From the NCBI GenBank assembly GCA_019192455.1, contig JAHCML010000003.1, forward strand, positions 1,388,160 to 1,452,159: 64,000 nucleotides of DNA, written 5' to 3'. How positions within the stretch are numbered: the first letter of the stretch is position 1; every line of letters starts with the position of its first letter. This stretch comes from Alphaproteobacteria bacterium SS10 (GTDB lineage: Bacteria > Pseudomonadota > Alphaproteobacteria > TMED2). Position numbers and translations under genes: made by a program. Under the pieces are notes generated by a model, which was not told where the DNA came from, did not search any database, and was given only the letters and a program-made list of their open reading frames with translations. Below are positions 51,180-61,543 of the stretch, piece after piece.

Positions 51180-51800
51180 CTAAATCCCCTCATGCTCTTC
51201 AGCGGGCGGGGCGAATTCCGGGTGGTTGGTGAGCACCAGAATTGAACGCGCCATCATGGATATCGCCTGCATCATTGTGAGGGCGACAAACACCAGCAAC
51301 ATGGATTTCAACAGGAAGAGACCTGGCAGGCCGCCAGCCTCACGGGATTCCTCAAGCTTCTCCCAGCTATCAGCCACGTAAGGGTAGGAGTAGTAGCCGA
51401 TGACGCAGAGCACGGGGATCAGGAGGAACAGGCAACCAAACAGGTTCACCTTGGCCTGATACTTTGGAGAGGCGCCGCGATAGAAGATATCGACCCGCAC
51501 ATGGCCATCATGAAGCAGCGTATACCCCGCCCCCACCATGAAGGTAATGCCATGCATCCAAACATAGCTTTCCTGCAGCTTCACGTAGTTCTCACGCAGC
51601 CAAATCAGCGGCCCACCGAAGAGGAAGGCGAACCACTCCGCCTCCAACCACGGGTCCATATTGGCTAGGATTGCGTAGCGGAGGACGACGACGAAGCAGG
51701 TCATTAAGACCATGCCCAGCATCAGCCAGGACACACCACGACCAATACGGTCGTTCATGCCATCGATGAATTTGACGAGTAAGGCGAGGAACCCGGTCAT
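51180..51800 (-). CDS. dctQ: TRAP transporter small permease subunit (DctQ).
   Basis: About 200 aa with four transmembrane helices, immediately upstream of dctM on the same strand. Confidence 0.75.
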   Translation of the reverse strand: MTGFLALLVKFIDGMNDRIGRGVSWLMLGMVLMTCFVVVLRYAILANMDPWLEAEWFAFLFGGPLIWLRENYVKLQESYVWMHGITFMVGAGYTLLHDGHVRVDIFYRGASPKYQAKVNLFGCLFLLIPVLCVIGYYSYPYVADSWEKLEESREAGGLPGLFLLKSMLLVFVALTMMQAISMMARSILVLTNHPEFAPPAEEHEGI

Positions 51801-51817
51801 GCCGCGCGTTCCGCCAA

Positions 51818-52471
51818 TTAGCTGGCGCTAGGCGGGCTGGTTGGACGGTCTGAGGTTAGCTGCCAAACACCATAGATGGTGGCAATTGCTAGCAGAGTCT
51901 TAAGCACGGTACCGAGCCAGAAGCTGCTCACATTGTAGGCCAACGCGGCAGAGATACCGCCATCCATGAACCCTGCACCGCCGAGCCAAAGGATGCCTGG
52001 GATAAAGACCAGGAGATGGGCAACGGTCATGCCGACCACGACGGACACAAGGCGCATACCGCCGCGAACCTGGCTGGCAGCACCAGCAACAGCAGCGGCC
52101 ATCAGGAAGCCAAGCAGATAACCACCGGTTGGGCCCATCATATAGGCGAGGCCGATACCCTTCTCAGGCGTGCCAGCGAAGACCGGCATGCCAACGGCAC
52201 CCTGTGCCAGGTAAAGGGCAACCATAGACAACCCAACACGCCAACCGGCCAGGCCAGCCAGTGCGAGGATTGCATAGGTCTGCATCGTCATTGGAACCGG
52301 CCACATCGGCACCTGCACCTTAGCGGAGATCCACAGCAGCTGGGCGCCAACGATGGTCAGCAGCACAGCGCGGATGGTCTGGCCCTTCACATCATCACCA
52401 ACCGGGATCAGACGATCCATCAGGGTGGTGGTTGCGGGTGCGATGGCCAGCGTGCTCATGGGGGTGCTCAT
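51818..52471 (-). CDS. bioY: Biotin transporter BioY (ECF S-component-like).
   Basis: About 190-aa hydrophobic protein. TIRAVLLTIVGAQL...QTYAILALAGLAGWRVGLSMVALYL...GPTGGYLLGF matches the BioY family. Confidence 0.7.
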   Translation of the reverse strand: MSTPMSTLAIAPATTTLMDRLIPVGDDVKGQTIRAVLLTIVGAQLLWISAKVQVPMWPVPMTMQTYAILALAGLAGWRVGLSMVALYLAQGAVGMPVFAGTPEKGIGLAYMMGPTGGYLLGFLMAAAVAGAASQVRGGMRLVSVVVGMTVAHLLVFIPGILWLGGAGFMDGGISAALAYNVSSFWLGTVLKTLLAIATIYGVWQLTSDRPTSPPSAS

Positions 52472-52586
52472 GGGCCTAATTCCTCAATCTCATTTCTATC
52501 GGCGTTAAACGCCAGTTGTTCGTTGGCCCATTGGAGTAACCGCAGGGCCGATCATGTGCAACAGGCTTTGCAGCCCAGAAGCAGGT

Positions 52587-54842
52587 TTAAGAAAACTTGT
52601 TAGAACGCGGGAAGCCCGTCGGCACCATGCGCCCGGCCTGTGCCCGCTTACCAATCCAGGTGCGGAAGTCAGGTTCGGTGCGGATACCATCGCCCCGCTT
52701 CCATTGCAGGCCCTCTTCAGCCTTCATTGTCGCGATGTCCGATAGCTGGCCATCCTTGTACCGCTGGAGGATTACCCCCCTGCCCTTGGCAAGCTCTGGC
52801 AGCTCATCCAATGCGAAGATCAGTAACTTCCGGTTGGTGCCAACCACGGCGACGTGATCCGCGCCCTCATCAATCGGCAGACAGATGGCAGCCTCGGTTG
52901 CGCCCGAAACATTCATGACCTGCTTACCGGTCTTGGTTTGGGCCAGCACATCCTTCTCAGCAACCCGGAAGCCACGACCGTCTGAAGCGGCCAGAATCAA
53001 ATGACGCTCAGGATCATGGGGACGCATGGCGACGATATCGGCATCATTCGGCAGATCGACAATCAGCCTGATCGGCTCACCATAGCCGCGGCCGGGTGGC
53101 AGCTTATCGACGCCAACCGTGTAGAACCGGCCATTGGTGCCAAAGATGACAAGCCGGTCCGTCGTCTCCGCATGAATTGCGAAGCGCGCACGGTCCCCCT
53201 CCTTAAAGCGGAGGTCATTGGCATTTGCGATATGCCCCTTCACCGCGCGGATCCAGCCCTTGTTGGAACAGACCACCGTCACCGGCTCCCGCTCCACCAT
53301 GGCTTCAACAGGTACCTCATCAAATACTGGGGCAGAACCAATCACCGTCCGGCGCGCACCCAGCTCGGTATCCGTGCCAAACTCCTTCTGCAACGCTTTG
53401 ATTTGTTTAGAGATAACGGTCCAGCGGCGATTCGGCTTTTCTAAGAGATCGGATAGGTCCGCCTGCTCTTCACTCAGCGCATCATGCTCTTTCCGGATCT
53501 CCATTTCCTCAAGCTTACGCAACGCACGAAGGCGCATATTGAGGATGGCCTCAGCCTGCACATCAGTCAGATCGAAGGTTGCGATCAACGACGCTTTGGC
53601 ATCGTCCTCTTCCCGGATGATGCGGATCACCTCATCGAGGTTGAGATAGGCAATCAGGTAACCGCCCAATACCTCTAGGCGATGGGCGATCTTATCCAAC
53701 CGGTGCCGGGTCCGGCGGATCAAAACCTCATGACGGTGATCGAGGTAGTTGAGCAGCACTTCACGCAGGCTCATCACCCGCGGTACACGCCCATCCTCAA
53801 GCACATTCATGTTGAGCGAGTACCGGTTCTCTAGGTCGGTGTGCCGGTACAAGCTCTCCATCAACATCTCAGCTTCGACATTGCGAGAGCGTGGGACGAT
53901 GACGATGCGCACATCTTCCGCCGACTCATCACGGATATCGTCGAGCAGCGGCAGCTTCCGCTCATTTAACAAATCGGCGATCCGCTCAATCAGCTTGGCC
54001 TTCTGAACCTGATACGGGATCTCAGTGATGACGATCTGGTACTGACCCTGGCCGAGGGCCTCTTTCTCCCATTTCGCGCGGAGCCGGAAACCACCCCGGC
54101 CCGTCTCATAGGCGTGAAGAATATTCTCTGGATCCTCAACCAGCGTGCCGCCGGTCGGGAAATCAGGGCCAGGGATCAGCTGTTGCAGGGTCGCTGTATC
54201 AGTGTTGCGGCTCTTAATCAGGGCCAGCAGGCCGTCACACAGCTCAGCAACATTGAAGGGCGGGATGTTCGTTGCCATCCCCACCGCGATACCCGAGGCG
54301 CCATTGGCCAACAGGTTCGGGAAGGCGGCAGGCAGGACAATCGGCTCTTTGCCCTCACCGTCATAGGTCTCACGGAAATCGACGGCATCTTCATCAATGC
54401 CTTCGAGCATCAACTCAGCAACGCGGGTTAGGCGCGCTTCGGTGTACCGCATGGCGGCTGCGTTATCGCCGTCGATATTGCCGAAGTTGCCCTGACCATC
54501 GACCAGCGGGTAACGCTGGGCAAAGTCCTGGGCCAGGCGAACCATGGCCTCATAAACGGCGCTATCACCATGGGGGTGATACTTACCGATCACGTCACCA
54601 ACGACGCGGGCAGATTTCTTGGGTGAGGTCTTCGGCCCAAGCTGCAGCTGGCTCATCGCGAAAAGCAGGCGCCGATGCACCGGCTTCATGCCATCGCGCA
54701 CATCCGGCAGCGATCGCGAGGTGATGGTGGAGAGCGCATAGGCGAGATACTTCTCACTCAATAGATCGCCAAAGGCACGCTCGATCACATTATCCATGGG
54801 CGGGCAGTCACTTAACTTCGGAACAGGACGCCCAGACGGCAC
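52587..54842 (-). CDS. parC: DNA topoisomerase IV subunit A.
   Basis: [32 protein letters not shown] is the GyrA/ParC N-terminus. Length about 750 aa with a short C-terminal domain fits ParC, not GyrA. The true start may be the internal Met at about 54797 (MDNVIERAF). Confidence 0.85.
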   Translation of the reverse strand: MPSGRPVPKLSDCPPMDNVIERAFGDLLSEKYLAYALSTITSRSLPDVRDGMKPVHRRLLFAMSQLQLGPKTSPKKSARVVGDVIGKYHPHGDSAVYEAMVRLAQDFAQRYPLVDGQGNFGNIDGDNAAAMRYTEARLTRVAELMLEGIDEDAVDFRETYDGEGKEPIVLPAAFPNLLANGASGIAVGMATNIPPFNVAELCDGLLALIKSRNTDTATLQQLIPGPDFPTGGTLVEDPENILHAYETGRGGFRLRAKWEKEALGQGQYQIVITEIPYQVQKAKLIERIADLLNERKLPLLDDIRDESAEDVRIVIVPRSRNVEAEMLMESLYRHTDLENRYSLNMNVLEDGRVPRVMSLREVLLNYLDHRHEVLIRRTRHRLDKIAHRLEVLGGYLIAYLNLDEVIRIIREEDDAKASLIATFDLTDVQAEAILNMRLRALRKLEEMEIRKEHDALSEEQADLSDLLEKPNRRWTVISKQIKALQKEFGTDTELGARRTVIGSAPVFDEVPVEAMVEREPVTVVCSNKGWIRAVKGHIANANDLRFKEGDRARFAIHAETTDRLVIFGTNGRFYTVGVDKLPPGRGYGEPIRLIVDLPNDADIVAMRPHDPERHLILAASDGRGFRVAEKDVLAQTKTGKQVMNVSGATEAAICLPIDEGADHVAVVGTNRKLLIFALDELPELAKGRGVILQRYKDGQLSDIATMKAEEGLQWKRGDGIRTEPDFRTWIGKRAQAGRMVPTGFPRSNKFS

Positions 54843-54844
54843 AT

Positions 54845-55600
54845 TTAGTCGTCAGGCGCGTCGACCGTACCAGATGTGCCAGCAAATCTGGAATAGCTAT
54901 CTTGGAAGCGAATGCGTGCTACGGGCAATGGCCTGTTAGTAACATCGAACACATGCTTCTGAAGGAAGTGTGCGGTCAGGCGTAACCCCTCAACCACCCG
55001 CTCTGGTGAGGCATCACCTTGGCCGATCAGGAAGCCGGGCAGCGGCAGCAGTCGCTCTTTATATGGCCCCGCACCCTCCGCTGAGACGGCACGGCCGGAT
55101 TTTGGGCTTACAAAACAGAGGTTTTCGGTTGAGCCCGTCGCCGCGCATTTCGTTAGATCAAGGCCGAAGCCGAGGCTCTCAAGCAGCTTGGTTTCCCATT
55201 TGATCAGGACGGGCGCCCAGAACTCGCCATCGAAGGTGTTCAGCAACGCCTCGGTCGCGAAGAACACATCCTCATGCGGTTCACGTTCCGGCAGCGCTTC
55301 CTGGGCGAGTGAACAAACCGCCTGCAACCCGGCAAGGCGAAGTGGTTCATCAAGCAATTCAGCTGCAAATTGCCGTGTCGATTCGAGTTGCCAATTGCCC
55401 AAATGGTCGGCCAAACGCGCCTGCCAATGGGCCTGAACCATGGTGCCGGGCTCGCTTAACCCCCGGCGACGACTGGACTGGGCGCCATGCAACATCCCGG
55501 CAAAGCGTCCCTGTTCCTGGCATAGAACATGGATAACGGCCCCACTCTCCCCATGGGGGCGTGCCGCTAGGACAATGCCGCGATCGCTCCACTCAATCAT
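54845..55600 (-). CDS. recO: DNA repair protein RecO.
   Basis: [39 protein letters not shown] is the RecO N-terminal OB-fold. Conserved position upstream of era-rnc. Confidence 0.85.
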   Translation of the reverse strand: MIEWSDRGIVLAARPHGESGAVIHVLCQEQGRFAGMLHGAQSSRRRGLSEPGTMVQAHWQARLADHLGNWQLESTRQFAAELLDEPLRLAGLQAVCSLAQEALPEREPHEDVFFATEALLNTFDGEFWAPVLIKWETKLLESLGFGLDLTKCAATGSTENLCFVSPKSGRAVSAEGAGPYKERLLPLPGFLIGQGDASPERVVEGLRLTAHFLQKHVFDVTNRPLPVARIRFQDSYSRFAGTSGTVDAPDD

Positions 55601-55624
55601 TGGGGCACCCAAGCACGACGTTCA

Positions 55625-56815
55625 TTACCCGCTACTCTCCGCCAACTCCGCCGCCACCGGTTGTTTGCCAAAAGGGGCGAGCGACAGAAGGAAACAAGCG
55701 CCAAAGAGGATCGCGATCAAATAGAACATTGAGGGGGCAGAGATGAACTGCACCACCGCACCGGCGCTCCACGGCCCAACAAGTCCACCGGCGGTATAGG
55801 CAATCACCATTAGGGAATGGGCCGCTGGCAAATGCCGCCGCGCAATCCCATGGCCAATCAGCGTAATGGTCAGGGTGTAGATGCTCATCGCCATCCCGCC
55901 GAACAGGAAGCACAGTAAAAGGGCGAGCACCAAGTTACTGCCCACCATCGGCAGCAGCGCTGCCATCCCACCGCCAACGAGCAGAAGGATGGCCATGACA
56001 GGCCGCGGCGAGAAACGGTCAGACGCCCAGCCAACCGCGTATTGGAGAACAATGCCACCAAAGGCGAAGGCCGTGATCATATTGGCGGCAAAGGCAGCAC
56101 CGAAGCCCATCTCAAGGCTATAGACCGGGGTCATCGCGTAGATGATGTTTTCAGCCAACCCACCGGCGAGTGAGTAGATCACGACGACCGGCATCAGCTT
56201 AATCATCGCAAAGGCACCGACGGCCTTCTTTGGTGCGTCACTCTTCTGCTCTTCATTCAAATCGGGGGCGCCGCGCCGGAAGATGAAGATAAAGATCGCG
56301 GCAAGACCATAAGCCATGCCCGCCACCCAAAACGGTCCATCCCCTTCAGGGCCCAACAGCACCATAAGCTGCGGACCTAGCGCCATACCCAGCCCCCAGA
56401 TACCGGCATAGATCGCCATAAAGCGCCCACGGTGCCCTGCCTTAACAACGGCATTCAACCACGCCTCCCCCATGATCCAGGGCACGGTGTTCACGGCACC
56501 CACGGCAAAGATGAGGACGAACCAGGCAATAAGCCCCTCAGCCTGGGTCATGGAGAGGTAGATCAGTGATGAGGCGATAAGGGCGCCAATAAAGACAGGC
56601 AGCAAACCAAAGCGTTGTTGAAACGCTGGTACCTTGTCGGCAACGAGTAAGATGGCGACAGAGGCCATGGCCGCCACGGCACCAATCATGATTGGTGCCT
56701 CGCCAGCGATCTCAAGCCGGATCGCAATGGCGGGAAATGCCAGGCCAAATGACAGCCCCATGATGAACATGGTGGTGAAAAGGCCGGTCAGGCTGCGCAG
56801 CTCTGTGTGGCTCAT
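55625..56815 (-). CDS. MFS transporter.
   Basis: 396 aa with about 12 transmembrane segments. MFS-like loop motifs (GHRGRFMAIYAG, SDRFSPRP). Confidence 0.75.
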   Translation of the reverse strand: MSHTELRSLTGLFTTMFIMGLSFGLAFPAIAIRLEIAGEAPIMIGAVAAMASVAILLVADKVPAFQQRFGLLPVFIGALIASSLIYLSMTQAEGLIAWFVLIFAVGAVNTVPWIMGEAWLNAVVKAGHRGRFMAIYAGIWGLGMALGPQLMVLLGPEGDGPFWVAGMAYGLAAIFIFIFRRGAPDLNEEQKSDAPKKAVGAFAMIKLMPVVVIYSLAGGLAENIIYAMTPVYSLEMGFGAAFAANMITAFAFGGIVLQYAVGWASDRFSPRPVMAILLLVGGGMAALLPMVGSNLVLALLLCFLFGGMAMSIYTLTITLIGHGIARRHLPAAHSLMVIAYTAGGLVGPWSAGAVVQFISAPSMFYLIAILFGACFLLSLAPFGKQPVAAELAESSG

Positions 56816-56838
56816 GGCAAGGTCTGGCGAACCGAGTT

Positions 56839-57744
56839 CTAGACGTTAAATGGCAGGCCAATTGCGCGGTAATGGTCCGGGTCATCGGCCCAATTCTCCT
56901 GCACCTTGGCATGGAGAAATAGGTGCACTTCCTGATCCAGCAACTCTGAAATTTGCTGTCGGGCGGCCTCACCGACGGATTTGATCATCTGGCCACCCTT
57001 ACCGATCACCATGGCCTTATGATTGGCCCGCTGAACATAGATCACCTGGCCAATACGAACTGAGCCATCCTCTTTCTCTTCCCAACTCTCCGTCTCGACC
57101 GCCAAGCCATAGGGCAGCTCCTGATGGAGTTTTAGGAACAGCGCCTCACGGGTCAGTTCAGCCGCCAGAATGCGCGCGGCCTGATCGGTCAACGTATCCT
57201 TTGGGAAGTGCCACGGCCCCAGCGGCACCGATGCCTCCAGATATTGGCGAAGCCGTTCCATCCCCTCATTGCGTGGGGCTGAGATCATGAAGGTCTCATT
57301 GATTGGCGCCAGCTCATTGATCTGGGCGGAGAGCGGCAACAGCTGTTCCGGCTTAATCAAATCAGTCTTGGTCAGGACCAAATCGACCCGGCGATTATCG
57401 CGAGCCAGGGACTCTGCAATACTCTTCGCACTGTCATCTAACCCACGCTTTGCATCGACCAACCACAGAGTGACATCCGCATCCGCCGCCCCCTGCCAGG
57501 CCGTCGCAACCATTGCCCGGTCAAGGCGGCGCTTTGGCTGGAAGATGCCCGGCGTGTCGATATAGATCAGCTGGCTAGCCCCCTCACTCGCCACACCTAG
57601 AAGGCGGGTGCGCGTGGTTTGCACCTTGGGCGTCACAATGGCCAGCTTGGTGCCGACCAACGCATTCAGCAGCGTAGACTTACCGGCATTGGGCGCCCCG
57701 ATAAGGGCCACGAAGCCGCAACGTGTTTCAGCTTGTTCCGTCAT
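56839..57744 (-). CDS. era: GTPase Era.
   Basis: GFVALIGAPNAGKSTLLNALVG is the G1 motif, with DTPG and a C-terminal KH domain. Conserved rnc-era pair. Confidence 0.95.
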   Translation of the reverse strand: MTEQAETRCGFVALIGAPNAGKSTLLNALVGTKLAIVTPKVQTTRTRLLGVASEGASQLIYIDTPGIFQPKRRLDRAMVATAWQGAADADVTLWLVDAKRGLDDSAKSIAESLARDNRRVDLVLTKTDLIKPEQLLPLSAQINELAPINETFMISAPRNEGMERLRQYLEASVPLGPWHFPKDTLTDQAARILAAELTREALFLKLHQELPYGLAVETESWEEKEDGSVRIGQVIYVQRANHKAMVIGKGGQMIKSVGEAARQQISELLDQEVHLFLHAKVQENWADDPDHYRAIGLPFNV

Positions 57745-58445
57745 GACGACTGTTCAATTTCTTTCAGCATGGCGCCAGCGGCGGCTTGCTCAGCTTTCTG
57801 CTTTGATGGGCCGGTGGCCGATACTGGCGCCTGGCCTTTCACCGTTACCTCAATGGTAAAGACCGGGGCGTGATCAGGCCCCTGCCGGTCAGCCAATCGG
57901 TACTGCGGCAATGGTTGCCCCTTGCTCTGCATCAGCTCTTGCAGCTCAGTCTTTGCATCTTGTGGGGGTTGTTCTGCGGCCAGCACCTGATCCCGCCAGT
58001 AACGCGTGATGAACTGACGTGCGGCCTCTAATCCGCCATCTAGATATAGGGCAGCAATCACGGCCTCACAGGCATCGGACAGGATCGCCTGGTTGACCAC
58101 GACCCCATCATTCACTTCACCCGGGGTGGCCTGAATGTGGTGGCCAAGATCGATACCTGCGGCCACCTCGGCCAGGGTTTCCCGGCGCACCAGCATTGAA
58201 TGCCGCTTGGCGATATCACCTTCCCGCTCCGTTGGGAACGCCTCAAGCAATAGCTCTGCGACTACCAGGCCGAGGACGCGGTCGCCCAGAAACTCAAGCC
58301 GTTCATAGGCCTGCTCAGCGGTCACCGCACCCGTCCCGATAATGCTCGGATGGGTCAGGGCCTGGGTTAGGATTGTTGGGTCATTGAATGTGTGGCCAAG
58401 GACGTTTGTCAGATCCGTATCGGCCTGCGGGGTGGCGCCGGTCAT
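57741..58445 (-). CDS. rnc: Ribonuclease III.
   Basis: ERLEFLGDRVLGLVVAELL is the RNase III signature, plus a C-terminal dsRBD. Overlaps the era start by 4 nt. Confidence 0.95.
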   Translation of the reverse strand: MTGATPQADTDLTNVLGHTFNDPTILTQALTHPSIIGTGAVTAEQAYERLEFLGDRVLGLVVAELLLEAFPTEREGDIAKRHSMLVRRETLAEVAAGIDLGHHIQATPGEVNDGVVVNQAILSDACEAVIAALYLDGGLEAARQFITRYWRDQVLAAEQPPQDAKTELQELMQSKGQPLPQYRLADRQGPDHAPVFTIEVTVKGQAPVSATGPSKQKAEQAAAGAMLKEIEQSS

Positions 58446-59251
58446 TCCGGCTCACGATACAGGCTGGCGAAGGTTCGGCTGCCACGCATAACTTGGCCCC
58501 AGCGCCAGACTTGCCACCATGGTTCACCCGGTTTCACCGAGTAGAAGACCCGATCAGCGCGGCCGACAATGTTCTCAACTGGTACGTAGCCAACATCGTT
58601 GAACGCCCGGCTATCCTGCGACCCGTCACGGTTATCACCCATCATGAAATAGTGCCCTGCCGGCACGGTATAGGGCACCGTGTTGTCGAGCGGGGCGTTG
58701 TCGCTATTCTCAAAAATCTGGAACTTATGCCCGTCAGGGAGCTCCTGATTATAGAGCTTACGGGTGTAGCGGATGCCGCTGATGAAATTGACCACCTCAC
58801 CCTTAAAGTCACGTTCGACAAGCTCGTCATTCACGTAGAGCATGCCGCCGCTCATATCGACCACATCACCGGGAAGGCCGACGATCCGTTTGATGTAATC
58901 CGTGGAATCATCACGGGGCAGCTTGAAGACGACGATGTCCCCCCGCTGTGGGTCTGAGCCAAAGATGCGCCCCTCAAAGGGCATCTTCACGAACGGGATT
59001 GAGTACGGGCCGTAGCCATAGGCGAATTTGGAGACAAACAGCGTGTCGCCAACCAACAGCGTTGGCTCCATTGAGCTGGATGGAATACTGAATGGCTCAT
59101 AGACAAAGCTGCGGATCAGGAACGCGATGAAGAACGCGCTCAAAAAGATTTTGAGCACCTCGCCAAAGCCGCCTTCAGTCTTTGGTTTTGACTGCGGCGC
59201 GGCACCGCCACCTGGTTTTAGAAAATGATCGGTCAACGCAACGCGTCCCAT
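58442..59251 (-). CDS. lepB: Signal peptidase I.
   Basis: SSSMEPTLLVGD (catalytic Ser box), GDNRDGSQDSR, and an N-terminal transmembrane anchor. Confidence 0.9.
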   Translation of the reverse strand: MGRVALTDHFLKPGGGAAPQSKPKTEGGFGEVLKIFLSAFFIAFLIRSFVYEPFSIPSSSMEPTLLVGDTLFVSKFAYGYGPYSIPFVKMPFEGRIFGSDPQRGDIVVFKLPRDDSTDYIKRIVGLPGDVVDMSGGMLYVNDELVERDFKGEVVNFISGIRYTRKLYNQELPDGHKFQIFENSDNAPLDNTVPYTVPAGHYFMMGDNRDGSQDSRAFNDVGYVPVENIVGRADRVFYSVKPGEPWWQVWRWGQVMRGSRTFASLYREPE

Positions 59252-59396
59252 ACCCCATTACGGCCCGCGCAACGCCTACCAATGGCGTAATCACCAGTCC
59301 GAAAAACTGCCAAAGGGTTAGGCTCTCGCATCGCAAAAGTCCAGGGCTGAGGCGGCTTTAAGCTTCTTCGCCGCATCATCATTGCGCGAGTATGGG

Positions 59397-59816
59397 TTAT
59401 TGCGCGAGGCCGGGTGAACCAATCGGCAATGCCTCAATGATCACCAGCGCCTGGGCATAGGGTGGCTCATCCGTGATCGTGAGGTGAATAACCGCCTCAT
59501 GCCCCTCCGGTGTGATCTTCTCAAGCCGGACACCAGCGCCGTTGGTAAGTGCCATGGTTGGCTTACCGGACGGTAGGTTGATCACGCCTAGATCCTTCAT
59601 GAAAACGCCGGCCCGAAAACCGGTACCAAGCGCCTTCGAGCAGGCCTCCTTGGCCGCGAACCGTTTGGCATAGGTTGGCACGGTCAAGCGTCTGCGTTCC
59701 GCCTTGGCAATCTCCAACGGCGTGAAGACACGGTTGATGAACCGCTGACCAAACCGATCAATGGTCTTCTCAATCCGCCGGATATCGATGATGTCGCTGC
59801 CGATTCCGATGATCAT
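59397..59816 (-). CDS. acpS: Holo-[acyl-carrier-protein] synthase.
   Basis: [17 protein letters not shown]...[10 protein letters not shown]...[14 protein letters not shown] is the canonical AcpS. Confidence 0.9.
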   Translation of the reverse strand: MIIGIGSDIIDIRRIEKTIDRFGQRFINRVFTPLEIAKAERRRLTVPTYAKRFAAKEACSKALGTGFRAGVFMKDLGVINLPSGKPTMALTNGAGVRLEKITPEGHEAVIHLTITDEPPYAQALVIIEALPIGSPGLAQ

Positions 59817-60571
59817 GTGGCGACCTGCAGAACCTCACGCCGCGCCGCATCCATGAGTGAGCGCATGCGTTGGATCGCTGGCTGAAGGCCGGTGAACACC
59901 GCCTCCCCCACCAGGAAATGGCCGATATTAAGCTCAACCACCTCTGGGATTTTGGCGACTAGGCCAACATTCTCAAATGTGAGGCCATGACCTGCATGGC
60001 ATTCCATACCAGTACCCTTGGTGCTTGCCGCCGCTTTGATCAGCCGTGCCAGCTCAAGGTTCCGCTGTGCTTCATCATGAAATGCCCCCGCATAGGCGCC
60101 GGTATGCAGCTCAATAGCGCCAGCGCCGACCCGTGCGGATGCCTCAACCTGCGCTGGCTCTGGATCGATAAACAATGAAACCCGGATACCAGCCATGGAT
60201 AGCGGCACGATGAATTCCTTCAGGCGCTGCTCGTCTGCCAGGACGTTTAAGCCCCCCTCGGTTGTCACCTCTTCCCGCCGCTCCGGTACGATGCAGACAG
60301 CCCGTGGGAGGTTATCGGCGGCGATGGCCCGCATCTCATCTGTGGCCGCGATCTCTAGATTCACCGGCACATCAACCTCTTGGATGATGGCTGGCACATC
60401 GGCATCGCGGATATGGCGCCGGTCCTCACGCAGGTGGATGGTGATGCCATCAGCGCCAGCGGCTACAGCGGCGGATGCCGCACGAACCGGCTCTGGGTGA
60501 TTGCCACCACGGGCATTTCGAATGGTCGCCACGTGGTCAATATTGACGCCAAGACGCAATGGTTCAGTCAT
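59813..60571 (-). CDS. pdxJ: Pyridoxine 5'-phosphate synthase.
   Basis: [22 protein letters not shown] and the [10 protein letters not shown] motifs of PdxJ. Overlaps the acpS start by 4 nt. Confidence 0.9.
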   Translation of the reverse strand: MTEPLRLGVNIDHVATIRNARGGNHPEPVRAASAAVAAGADGITIHLREDRRHIRDADVPAIIQEVDVPVNLEIAATDEMRAIAADNLPRAVCIVPERREEVTTEGGLNVLADEQRLKEFIVPLSMAGIRVSLFIDPEPAQVEASARVGAGAIELHTGAYAGAFHDEAQRNLELARLIKAAASTKGTGMECHAGHGLTFENVGLVAKIPEVVELNIGHFLVGEAVFTGLQPAIQRMRSLMDAARREVLQVAT

Positions 60572-60640
60572 CGGTTCATTCCAGCGTTAAATGATTAGCC
60601 TTAAGGGGAGATAGCGCGAGGATCAGGCGAATGCCAGGGG

Positions 60641-61288
60641 CTATTCGGCGGCACCAGGTGCTTGAATGGCATCCGATGCCTTTGCCGCCGCGGCTTCATG
60701 CTTTGCCTCTTCCCGTGCTGCGCGACGGGCGAGGAAGCGCGCCTTCAATTCAGCCGGGCGACGCTCACGATATTGGGCGACGGCAAAGCGGACGATCACA
60801 AAGGCAATCATCGCAAAGATAGGTCCGACCACCATGCTGCCAAGCAGCCAAGGCAGGGTGATATCCCCCAAATTGGTCATCAGGGTTTCCGCACTCATAT
60901 TGGTGAGCGCATCACCAAACCCGCTGGTGGCATCACCGGCGAACAACCCACCACGGCCAAGCATGAACAGGCCCATATGGTAGGAACATCCCCACATCAG
61001 CGGGAAGGTCAGCGGGTTGCCAACCAGCGTGCCAAGCGCGGCGGCAATCACACTGCCCCTAAGCGGGAACGCAATAATCGCGGCAATAACGAAGTGAAGA
61101 CCGATAAGCGGCGTAAAGGACATGGCCACGCCGCAAGCAAATCCGGTGGCCACGGCGTAAGGGGATGCAGCCAAGCGCAGGACGCGATAGCGCAGATACT
61201 TAACCACACGCCGCCATCCAGCCTCAGGCCAGAATAACTCTCTTGTTTGTGACAGCCATCCCCGTGGCTTTCGTCGCTGAAACATCAA
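60641..61288 (-). CDS. DUF2062-domain membrane protein.
   Basis: SPYAVATGFACGVAMSFTPLIGLHFVIAAIIAFPLRGSVIAAALGTLVGNPLTFPL matches the DUF2062 family as I recall it. Conserved between pdxJ and spoT in alphaproteobacteria. Confidence 0.6.
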   Translation of the reverse strand: MMFQRRKPRGWLSQTRELFWPEAGWRRVVKYLRYRVLRLAASPYAVATGFACGVAMSFTPLIGLHFVIAAIIAFPLRGSVIAAALGTLVGNPLTFPLMWGCSYHMGLFMLGRGGLFAGDATSGFGDALTNMSAETLMTNLGDITLPWLLGSMVVGPIFAMIAFVIVRFAVAQYRERRPAELKARFLARRAAREEAKHEAAAAKASDAIQAPGAAE

Positions 61289-61543
61289 CCCGATTTAACA
61301 ACTTGCCGCATCAAGCCCAACCAACCGGATGTCAGTCAGGCTCACAAAAAAACGGACCCAATCCCAAGAGTACCAAAGCCCAGTTAACCAGGCCTTTGTG
61401 TTCAATATAGGGCTGATCCGCGTCCCCAATAGCCCCTTTACCCTTACGTTATAGCAAATGAACGCAAGATTGGGCGGAAGGTTTTGTTGCAGTTGCAGAT
61501 TGGTCTTATGCGAAAAGCGGCAAGAAACGGCGCGCAGATTGGT

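Noticed and set aside
52016-52603. A 195-aa plus-strand ORF over bioY.
   Set aside because: It is antisense to bioY and His/Gly-rich with no fold.
60662-61237. A 191-aa plus-strand ORF opposite the DUF2062 gene.
   Set aside because: It is antisense to a hydrophobic membrane-protein gene and is Arg/Gly/His-rich with no domain.
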